This document shows positions 22,701-34,700 of a stretch of 64,000 bases of DNA, in pieces. Numbering within the stretch: the stretch's first letter is position 1; every line of letters starts with the position of its first letter. Source of the stretch: Fimbriosthenelais zetlandica (taxonomy: Eukaryota); the NCBI GenBank assembly GCA_977030845.1, contig OZ365117.1:5704001-5768000 (forward strand). The letters are read 5' to 3'. A model generated the notes under the pieces. The model did no database searches and had not been told where the DNA came from. It worked only from the letters and a program-made list of their open reading frames with translations. The translations under genes were made by a program, and so were the position numbers.

Positions 22701-25700
22701 TGGAAGAAATTTCGATTTCTTGAACAGGTCGGGACCTGTAAAAAAGTTGGAAAAATCACCAAAATTTTATTTCTTACCAATTGACTTTAAATCATCTCAG
22801 GCAGTCTGTGGGGTGTTCTAGAGTAGGTGCAAGTGATTTTTGATTGGTATTGATAAAGTTGGGAAATGAAAGAAATTTTAATTAATATCTTGAACAGGTC
22901 GGGACCTGTAAAAAAGTTTGAAAAATCACCAAAATTTTATTTCATTCCAATTGACTTTAAATCATCTCAGGCAGTCTGTGGGGTGTTCTAGAGTAGGTGC
23001 AAGTGATTTTTGATTGGTATTGATAAAGTTGGGAAATGGAAGAAATTTCGATTTCTTGGACAGGTCGGGACCTGTAAAAAAGTTGGAAAAATCACCAAAA
23101 TTTTATTTCTTACCAATTGACTTTAAATCATCTCAGGCAGTCTGTGGGGTGTTCTAGAGTAGGTGCAAGTGATTTTTGATTGGTATTGATAAAGTTGGGA
23201 AATGAAAGAAATTTAAATATCTTGAACAGGTCGGGACCTGTAAAAAAGTTTGAAAAATCACCAAAATTTTATTTTATTCCAATTGACTTTAAATCATCTC
23301 AGGCAGTCTGTGGGGTGTTCTAGAGTGGGTGCAAGTGATTTTTGATTGGTATTGATAAAGTTGGGAAATGGAAGAAATTTCGATTTCTTGGACAGGTCGG
23401 GACCTGTAAAAAAGTTTGAAAAATCACCAAAATTTTATTTCTTACCAATTGACTTTAAATCATCTCAGGCAGTCTGTGGGGTGTTCTAGAGTAGGTGCAA
23501 GTGATTTTTGATTGGTATTGATAAAGTTGGGAAATGAAAGAAATTTTAATATCTTGAACAGGTCGGGACCTGTAAAAAAGTTTGAAAAATCACCAAAATT
23601 TTATTTCATTCCAATTGACTTTAAATCATCTCAGGCAGTCTGTGGGGTGTTCTAGAGTAGGTGCAAGTGATTTTTGATTGGTATTGATAAAGTTGGGAAA
23701 TGAAAGAAATTTCGATTTCTTGGACAGGTCGGGACCTGTAAAAAAGTTTGAAAAATCACCAAAATTTTATTTCTTACCAATTGACTTTAAATCATCTCAG
23801 GCAGTCTGTGGGGTGTTCTAGAGTAGGTGCAAGTGATTTTTGATTGGTATTGATAAAGTTGGGAAATGAAAGAAATTTAAATATCTTGAACAGGTCGGGA
23901 CCTGTAAAAAAGTTTGAAAAATCACCAAAATTTTATTTCATTCCAATTGACTTTAAATCATCTCAGGCAGTCTGTGGGGTGTTCTAGAGTAGGTGCAAGT
24001 GATTTTTGATTGGTATTGATAATGTTGGGAAATGGAAGAAATTTCGATTTCTTGAACAGGTCGGGACCTGTAAAAAAGTTTGAAAAATCACCAAAATTTT
24101 ATTTCTTACCAATTGGCTTTAAATCATCTCAGGCAGTCTGTGGGGTGTTCTAGAGTAGGTGCAAGTGATTTTTGATTGGTATTGATAAAGTTGGGAAATG
24201 GAAGAAATTTCGATTTCTTGAACAGGTCGGGACCTGTAAAAAAAGTTTGAAAAATCACCAACATTTTATTTCATTCCAATTGACTTTAAATCATCTCAGG
24301 CAGTCTGTGGGGTGTTCTAGAGTAGGTGCAAGTGATTTTTTATTGGTATTGATAAAGTTGGTAAATGGAAGAAATTTCGATTTCTTGAACAGGTCGGGAC
24401 CTGTAAAAAAGTTTGAAAAATCACCAAAATTTTATTTCATTCCAATTGACTTTAAATCATCTCAGGCAGTCTGTGGGTTGTTCTAGAGTAGGTGCAAGTG
24501 ATTTTTGATTGGTATTGATAAAGTTGGGAAATGAAAGAAATTTCGATTTCTTGAACAGGTCGGGACCTGTAAAAAAGTTTGAAAAATCACCAAAATTTTA
24601 TTTCATTCCAATTGACTTTAAATCATCTCAGGCAGTATGCGGGGTGTTCTAGAGTAGGTGCAAGTGATTTTTGATTGGTATTGATAAAGTTGGCAAATGG
24701 AAGAAATTTCGATTTCTTGAACAGTACACTGAGGACTTAAGAGCCCAGCCCTCTGCTTAAATCTAGTGGGCTTAAGCCGGGACTCCACTGCTGCGATTTT
24801 GCTTGCAACACGACTGTGACAAAGGTGATGCTTGTGAAGTTGTGTAAGAATAAAATTTATAAATTGTGGTTCAAGTGTCTAAGGCCTTAAGGCCGTTGTT
24901 CAATGGTAAATTTATCATTGAAACACAAGCATCACCTTTGTCGCAGACGTGTCGCAAGCAAAATCGCAGCAGTGGAGTCCCGGCTTTATAGTAATGGACT
25001 GGGAATTGAAAGCCTTAACTCGTATCATTCTTTCTCATTGATTTGACTTTTTTAATGATTTATTTTCACACTAGGTCATTTCTGTGATGCTGGAAGCTCT
25101 GCGCCTCTGCCCTGCCCATCAGGTTACTACCAGGATGAGTTAGGACAGTCAGGTTGTAAGGACTGCCCAGCAGGATATTACTGTGACAGTATGGTCAGTC
25201 CTGTAGTCTCTTACAACACTACCGGATGTCCAGCGGGTGAGTCTAAAACCTGGATCACACTAATCCCATTCTCCAATCCTTCGTCATCTGATTCACCACC
25301 ATTTCTACTGACTTCAATACTTGAAATTGTGTCAGTGGTTAGCCTTACCTACGTGTAAGTGACTGTTAAAATTACAAGTATTTGGTGTGAATAGAAATAT
25401 AGTTTTGGACAGCTATTGGATGGTGCCAGATAGATAATCTGATTAGTGTGTTCCAGTCATAATTATAACCATCTCAGGACCTGGATTGAAGTGATCAGTT
25501 TGAGCCAAGATTGTCCAGAGGTAGAAGAATCAGACGAGAGACCCAGGTTTGATTCTTGTTCTGGCAAGGGGCTTTACCCTTGCAAACAAATCACTCCACT
25601 CTGAATTTTTTTCCTTGTTTGCAGGTTTTTATTGTGGTAATAACACGAGGTACGCCACAGAGTACCCCTGTCCAGCAGGCACCTATAGCAATCTCACCCT

Positions 25701-28700
25701 CCGTACTGTCATCTCTGACTGTCAACCATGTGTTGGTGGTTCGTACTGTGACACGACTGGACTGTCTGAACCGGTGGGTCCCTGCAACCCTGGTAAGTAT
25801 AGAGACTCCCTTAATTGTCCCCTTCCTTGTTCGTTTTAGGGTTATATTGCAGAGTGCATTGAACTGATTCTTGTTGGTTTTGGCACCCGACTAGAGTTGT
25901 AGTTGGTGCTGATTCCAGTTGACAATTTAGTGTCAACAGTCAGGCTCCCAACTTGTTGATAGTCACATAATTTGACACTGACAGATTCTAAAATATTTCA
26001 CTCATGTTTCTTACAAATTTATTTCATTTGTCCAGGTTTTTATTGCTACTACGGGTCTAACAGTTCCTCCCCAAGTCTGGGAGGTCAAGCTGATGAGTGT
26101 CCAGCTGGACATTACTGCCCTGCTGGCTCAGTGCTGCCCTCTGCCTGCCCTCCTGGTACCTACAGTAGCGCCACCATGCGGGAAGCAGTCACTGACTGCC
26201 TCAACTGTACAGGAGGGCAGTACTGTGACTCATGGAACATGACTACACCAGGTCCACAGTGTGACCCAGGTGGGCGCTTTCACTACATTTCCTTGCATTT
26301 TTTATCTAAAACCTTTTCATTTGAGTATCCAAATTCCATTCAGTATTACATCGGACACCCTAGATCATGGGTTAGTATAACATGAAGAACAGGTTAACAT
26401 CATTGAAATGTTGACTCTAAATGTTGGATCTATATGGAGGTATTCCCTAATCAGAGACAGGGCCGTCCAAAGATGTGTGGTTGTCCATTGGGCAACTATC
26501 TTCTAAGAAGTGGTTGCCTGGATTTTGGTTGTTACTGGGGCTTCCCTCAAAATTTGGTTGGCCAAAAGTTTAAAATTATTAGGCCAGACCACTTGTTAAG
26601 TTGTCCTTGGCGTCCAATCACTCGATTAGGCCTGACAAGGACATCAAGAATTTTGGAACGTTGAAAATTCCTTGTTCAGCAGTGTTAACTTGTTGGTATC
26701 TTGCTCATCTTAGGCTATTATTGTACATCGGGAGCTGATGTGGCTACCTTTGTCCAGTGTCCCGCCGGTAGTTACTGTCCTGCCGGTACCACCTTACCGG
26801 TACCATGCCCTGCCGGTACATTCTCCCCTACAGCTGGTCTTCAGTCTGCCTCGGAGTGCACCAACTGTACCGCTGGCGTCTACTGCCCAAATGCTGGTAT
26901 GTATATAGCACTGTGCAATAGGCCACCTTTGGATTTCTTGTTTCTAGCTAAGTATCAATGACCACCCATATTTGAATTGAAAAGCGGCTTTGCCGAATTC
27001 TTCCCAGCAATAAAAAACTGAAACTAAAAAAAAATATATTTATTTCTCATTCTGAGAAGTTCTTTTATAAATCCTGAGATAATATACAAGAGGGTTGCGA
27101 GGGTTGTCTCAAACCCTCGTTGTGCAATGTGTTTCCGCCATCTTAAACTTCTGCAATAAGGTTAAGAAACTCTAAGTCTCCTAAGAAGAGTTTAAGATAT
27201 CCTCAAGGAAAATGGCAGTCACACAAGAACTCTTGTCCTTTTCAGGTATGACCTCAGCAAGCCTGGAGTGCTGGGGTGGATACTACTGCCCCATGGGTCA
27301 GTCAGAACCTAATCCTGCTGACCTTATCTGCCCCCGAGGTCTTCACTGTCCTAATGGTAGCGCCATCTACCAAGAGTGCCCTACTGGATACTATGCAAAC
27401 GAGACGGGGGCCTCAAGCTGTGATTCGTGTATCCGTGGTTACTACTGTCTGCCAGTTCAGCCCCATAATGCTTCACTCAACGCTCAGCCCTGCCCCATGG
27501 GGTACTACTGCCAACAAGGTAAATACAAACTCTTATGTTCTGCCATAAAATGGAAAAATATACCTTGAATCATAGTTCAGAACAGTAGTTTTAACTAGTT
27601 GCGATTGGTATCTAGTTTTGGATGTGTAATCCAATTGCAACTACTTGGAGGGAACAGCAAGAAAGGGCTGTCTATATAGCATTTGTAAATTGATAATCAA
27701 ATCTCTTTCAGGTACCGGTTTGGACTGGCAGTCGTGTCCCTCTGGTACCTATAGTGATGACGAAGGCCTATATGAGGAGGTCCAGTGTAAGCCATGTCCA
27801 GGAGGGAAGTACTGCAGCGGACAACACCTCGTTACCTATACAGGCAGCTGTGATCCAGGTCGGTGGAGTCCTTCTAGAACAATCCTTTGTTGAGGAAATA
27901 AATTCCTGTTTGTTAAAAATGGAATCCTTGTGATCATCTTGAATGCAAAAACTTTAGGGAAGTTCCTGTTGAGTGTTTAACCTGAATGAAAATCATTTGG
28001 GAGATGCAGAAGAGTGTTCAACTTGAATGTGACTGAAATTAATGGAGTAACCCGCCAGATTGTATGTCTTGCATTTTTTCATTGTGATATCATGTGTGGC
28101 ATGTGATAAGAGTATGCACTCTCACAACAACTGCAACAGTAAAAACAACGGCACTTTCCTCTGTTTGACACAGGTTACTACTGCACCTCAGGAGTAGACC
28201 GGAGTGACCCAGGATCCAGTAACAGCACCTTCAACACCTCCTGTACCTGTCCAGAGACGGCCGTCCATTCAGGTATTGGTGGTGTCTGTCCACTAGGCCA
28301 CTACTGCCCAGTTGACAGTGAGAGACCATTACCTTGCCTGGCTGGGTCGTATGCTGACAGAGACGGCTTGGCTGAATGCAGTCCTTGTCCTATGGGTTAT
28401 TATTGTATGGCGAATACTTCTGACTTCAGTACAACTCCTTGTCCTACAGGTGACGTTTTACCTTTGCTTCTTCAACTTCATTTTTCCACATTCTAGCAGA
28501 GTTTAGGGCCCTGTTCCAGCAGAGTTTAGGGCCCGATTCTAGCAGAGTTTAGGGCCCTATTCTGGCAGAGTTTAGGGCCCTATTCTGGCAGAGTTTAGGG
28601 CCCGATTCTAGCAGAGTTTAGGGCCCTGTTCCAGCAGAGTTTAGGGCCCGATTCTAGCAGAGTTTAGGGCCCGATTCTAGCAGAGTTTAGGGTCCGATTC

Positions 28701-31700
28701 TAGCAGAGTTTAGGGCCCGATTCTAGCAGAGTTTAGGGCCCGATTCTAGCAGAGTTTAGGGCCCGATTCTAGCAGAGTTTAGGGCCCGATTCTAGCACAG
28801 TTCTTAACTCTTCCAGCTGAAACCTTGTATACAATTAACTATTATTTTTCCAGTATTTTCTCCAATTTACTTGAGGTTTTAATAACACCAATGATAATAT
28901 TTTTCTAGGTTATTATTGTCCTAACGGTACAGCGTTCGCCACTGAGTTCGCTTGTCCACCCGGCAGTTATAATGCCTTACAGTATGGATCCTCACTCACT
29001 GACTGTCAGTCCTGTACAGGAGGTATGTACTGTGAGGGTCAGGGTAACTCTGCCCCGACTGGTAACTGTACTGCTGGCTGGTACTGTTCTGGAGGCGCTG
29101 ATTCACCCAATACTACGACACACGGGGGCAAATGTATGCCTGGATTCTACTGCCCTGAAGGTATGTTTAAGTCACATTCTTAATTGATGTTTGGGTGAAG
29201 TTTCAATGATTATTTCATGGTTATTTCAATGATAATTGCTTCCCAAATTGAAGGCTTGTGTTTGACTTGTCAGTTTACATATGAATGAATGAATGAATGA
29301 ATGAATGAACGAACTTAATTGCAGACTCATCTACATACATCACAATACATATAAGGGTCCATATTTACAGAGAGAACAAGTGTAATATAACTCGATTAGA
29401 ATTTGTATAGGCCTAATGTGAAACCCCTTGTACATGGAATAACCTGAATGGAATAACCTTAATAGATAGAGATTATTGACTCACTTGTTATTTGCCAGGT
29501 TCCTCGGACCCCTCGCCCTGCCCGCCTGGCATGTACTGTCAGTTTGAAGGCCTGTCTCAGCCCTCCGGTCTATGTGACGCTGGGTTTTACTGTACTGCCC
29601 GGGCCTCGTCACCAACACCTGCTGACGGACTCGTGGGCGATCTCTGCCCACCCGGTTACTTCTGTCCTCAGGGTGCTGCAGCTCCTGTCTCCTGTCCCCC
29701 TGGAACCTATAGCCCGTCCACAGGGAATAAAAACAACAGTGACTGCCTAGAATGCACACCAGGCGAGTGGTGTGGCGACTACAACCTGACAACCACATCT
29801 GGTACGTTTCAATTTCATTTCTTCTTGCTGAATTTTTCAATGATTTTGGCGCATCTAGAAATCAATACACATAATGGTCCACATAGGTTGATCTGCCATT
29901 TTTACTCATCAGAGAAATTGCTGACTGGACGTTTAACAATATGCAATCAAACAACACCTTTTCTGTGTTTGAGTTTGTAGCTCTTAACTGCCACAGAACT
30001 TTCTGAACTATTCTTAATCGCTCTGCTTTTGTGTAATTCAGGTAACTGCAGTGCTGGCTACTACTGTACCCTGGGCCAGCTTACCTCTACACCCCAGCCG
30101 TGTCCTGCTGGTCATTATTGTCCTGAACGTACCTATGAACCCATACTCTGTCCCAGTGGTTTCTACCAGGACCAGATTGGTCAGTCCAACTGCCTGACCT
30201 GCCCCAGCGGCTACTACTGTGATAATAGTCAGGGTGTGGTGGCCATCAATGATACTGTTCTCTGTCCACCCGGCTACTTCTGTCCTCAAGGTGGGCTATG
30301 TTACATTCCCTTCAATTTCTGTCTGTTTTCGATGTTGTTTTCTCTTTTGAGCATCCGAACCAAGTCATTAGGGTGGCCTCCGCGATTCTTGGTTGTCTCA
30401 GGTACCAGGGCCCTCCACTTAGTCCAACGCTGGTTTCTATGTTCTAAACTCTGATAACAATACAACACTTTTGGGACTAGAAACTAGTTCCTATTCCTAA
30501 AATGTTGTACTGAATATTCAAATATTCATCAGATGTTATTCTTTCTTTACTTCAGGAACTAACCGCGCCACTCAGTGGCCATGCCCCACTGGTACTTTTG
30601 GGAACACCACCGGTTATAATGACAGCACCAATTGTACCCCATGTAGCGGTGGTATGTTCTGTGGAGTGGTCGGTAGCACCCAACCCACCGGACCATGTTT
30701 AGCTGGTTACTACTGTAGATCATTGGCTGAAAGCTCCACCCCTAGTCAAGGCCACTACGCCGATGTCTGTCCCCAAGGTAGGCATCTTTGGTGTACATTC
30801 TATCCTGATTGATCAAAGAATGATTGAGATATGTTTCCGAACCCCTCGATTTTAACCCTTTCCATGCGGCAGATTTGTGGGTCTATGTTCCTAAAATGTG
30901 GCACATTTTGATCTCCCAGATTGCCAGGTGTACCATTTTTGCTAGGGTTAAATACATTATATATCTTACAGGTTCCTATTGCCCTGAGGGTACTGTAGAA
31001 CCCCTGGCATGTCCATCAGGCACGTTTGGAGCTACCCCAGGCTTGACTGACAGTTCAGAATGTAATCCCTGTACAGCGGGTTCCTACTGTACCAGTCTGG
31101 GTCTCACACGGGTTGAAGGGTACTGTCAGGAGGGGTACTACTGTGTGGAAGGCTCCAGTTCACCTACCCCGGAGATCTGCCCGACTGGCCACTTCTGTCC
31201 CAATGGTACTGCAGAACCAGAGCGGTGTCCAGAGGTAGGTTCATTCCTTTATTTCCTTGTAATAGCCTGAATCCACTGACCTACGATCTCCCTACTATTT
31301 GCTTTACGATCAAAAGATCGTAGCTCAGTGGGTTCAGGCTATAAAAGTGCTATCCTGCTATCATATCGAACAAGATGATGACAATCGGATGCTATCACAC
31401 ACACACTTTTCTGTTTAAAGCCCATACATTATTTTTGGTTTTAACGCCTTTTTCCCCCAAAAAAATGACCAAAATGTGAATATTTTGTATATTTTCAGGG
31501 CACATTTAATCCATACACTGGTCTGATGAGTGAGGGACAGTGTGTGGCCTGTACACCGGGTCAGTATTGTGGAGATCAAGGCCTGAATACCACCTCTGGA
31601 CCCTGCTCACCTGGTTACTATTGTCCTGCTGGTCAGAACTCGTCCCGCCCTGATGACTATCCGTGTACTATCGCTCACTATTGTCCAGTTAACTCCTCTG

Positions 31701-34700
31701 AACCACTGCCCTGTGGTCAAGGTGCCTACATGAACCAAACCCACGCTGAGTCCTGTTATACATGTGAAGCTGGATGGTGGGTATAACTTATTTTGATTTA
31801 ATTTTTTCAATTTTTATTTTCTTACATTGGCCATGTCATTGGTTAAATAATACTCACTGATGATCTTTGCAGGTATTGTTTGAACGGAGCTTTGGTTGCC
31901 CAGTGTCCCGAGGGCCACTATTGTCCGGCAGGTAATATCTTCAACACTTTACTCAAATAATTTAAATAAATAATAGATTTTTGAAAAGCTATTATTTAAT
32001 CTTGTCTCGTAGGTATTAAAATATGTAAGCGACAATTAAGGCATAAAAAGTCCACACTCACCTATATTGCCAATGTACTGAAAGAATTATAACCATCGTC
32101 CTCAATTCTAAGGGTGACCACATATAACGAATTCTGAAAGTGAAATAATACATTTAAATCAATTTAATTGTTATTAAATCATTTTATCCTTAGGTACAAG
32201 CCACAATTGGCAAGCCTGTCCACCGGGGACCTTCAACAACCAGACAGGCCTGGCTGACCTGACTGAGTGTCTAGTCTGCCCGGGTGGTCAGTACTGTGAT
32301 CAGTGGGGACTGACCACTCCTAGTGGTCAATGTGACCAGGGTTATTACTGTGTGTATGGGTCAGACCGGCCACAGCCGACCAGTAGTAACTACACCTTGG
32401 AGGTCAACAATACATGCGTTATTCCAGGTAAGATACACCATCTTCAAAAATTGTTTTTTCATTTAATTTATGGGAGTTTTAAGTATACATGCCTTCTGAG
32501 TATTAATGAGTTCTTATGAGACCTAGTCCGAAGGTTTTATTGGCTTTGTAAACTGTGTTCTAATTTAATTAAAAACACTGAACTCAAGTAGGGTTCAAGG
32601 TTGAACACCTCCATCGACCTTGCTTGGTAGGGCTTGGAACAACTTATAAGGTGTGCGACCAAATGCCCATGGGTCTCATCATCCATACATCAAATTGATT
32701 AATAAAAATACAAATTTTAAATGTATTATATTTAGGTGGACAGACGGGTATCGGAGGAGTGTGTTGGAGTGGTCATTATTGTCCAGTAGGAACCACATAC
32801 CCCCTCCCGTGTGGAGCAGGTACCTACAGTAACAATGTGGGCCTGCCTGACTGCCAGCTCTGCCCAGAAGGCTACTACTGCCTCGAAGGTAAATATCAAT
32901 TCAAATAATATTTTGGTATAGACTAAGGTCTCACTTCGTATCCCATATATATTGTAGCTTATATTTCTGCCTCAAGTGTAACTGCAGTAACAGGGGTTTG
33001 CTATTTGCGAGAGCTGCTTATATTATACTATTTTTGTGAGTGATATGACAGGCCATAGAAAAGTCAGCCAAAAGGGTTATAGCTGCAACAAAATCGAAAC
33101 TAGAAAGACTCAAGAACTCCCCATTTACAGATTAAAACGGAAAATGAATGTCCAACTTATAATTGTCTCCTGTTTTGTTTCCAATAGGAGCTACAACCTT
33201 CCTATCCACACCCTGTCCTCCGGGCAGTTTCTGTCCCTTGGGAACCAAACATGGGACAGAGTACCTCTGTCCCGCACGTACCTACTACAATGAGACAGGA
33301 GCTAGACAGGGGACAGACTGTCTGTCCTGTCCACCAGGTCAATACTGTGAACTGTCTGGCCTCACCAACCCAACAGGCCTCTGTGACCCAGGTAGGTTAC
33401 CAGGATTGTTAAATTTTAGATCCCAAGGGTCCAAGGGATGCCCTTGGGACTTGAGTAATAGCCTGAACCCACTGAGCTACGATCTCTCACGATCTCTGTA
33501 CGATCTGCTCAAAATAAAAACGTAGAGTGATCCATGAAGAACTCTCTGGAACATGATCGAGGGTTCATTCCACATACTTTTCAGTAGGTTCATTCCACAT
33601 ACTTTTAAAATTTTTGTTGTAATTGGATCGTAGAGCAGATTGTAGGGAAATCGTAGCTCAGTGGGTTCAGGATATAACTTTAGAGCTCCAATGCTGAACG
33701 ACGCTTGCGACCTACAGTCGCTAGTCGCAACAGAAAAATCGTTGAAACCCATGACAAAAAAATAATAAAATACTCATTTTTGTTATACAGGATGGTATTG
33801 TAGTGGGAACGCCAGCTCAGCCCAGGAGACAGAGACAGGAGGACAGTGTCCATCAGGTACCTACTGTCCATCAGGCTCCTACCAGCCTACTCCCTGTACA
33901 CCCGGCTATTACTGCCTAACTGATGGACTTCACACTCCCACGGCCAACTGTTCTCAAGGTAAATAACATATAACTTCAGTCTCCCCAAGCCTAAAGCTTG
34001 TCCTCCTCTGATGCGATTTTGCTTGCGACACTACTGCGGTAAAAGTGATGCTTTTCACTCATTCATTCATATTCATTCTGCCATTTTGCTAAGACTCACA
34101 GGTTTTGTACTAATCATTTGAATGAACTTGGGGACCTCAAAAAATCCGGTTTTCTGGATTTCTCCTGAAGATTCCCATGCTTGTTGTTGACAATTTCTTG
34201 GCAACTGAGAAATGTTATGTATGGGTACAACAACTCAAGAACTTCCCATTCTAAAAGCTTACGAACTTGCCATTCTAACACATCAAGAACTTGCCATTCT
34301 CTGTGTTGCAGGATACTACTGTACATTAGGAGCAAACACCAGTCAACCCACTGACGGGGTTACCGGTAATATCTGCGGCTATGGTCATTACTGTCCTGAG
34401 GGCAGCAGTGAGCAGGAACCATGTCCAGCTGGTCAGTACCTGGATGCCCAGGGTCAGGTTGGACCATCTGACTGTAAGGACTGTCCACTAGGCCAGTACT
34501 GTACCGGTACAGGGCTGGGTGCTCCTACAGGGAACTGTACAGAGGGCTACTACTGCCCGGGTCAAGCGTCCACATCACAACCTATAAACTACAGGTATGG
34601 CTCATTTCTGCATTCATCCCTTTGGACCGTGAATTTATGTTGTATCAGACACCGAATTTATCCAGCCCTGGGCACTTAGTTTCATGCTACCTTTGCTCCG

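Noticed and set aside
22235-24724. CRISPR-like array or coding repeat (ORF 24172..24486)
   Set aside because: 166-bp monomers without spacers; the ORF arises from a 1-bp slip in one monomer and has no support as an exon.
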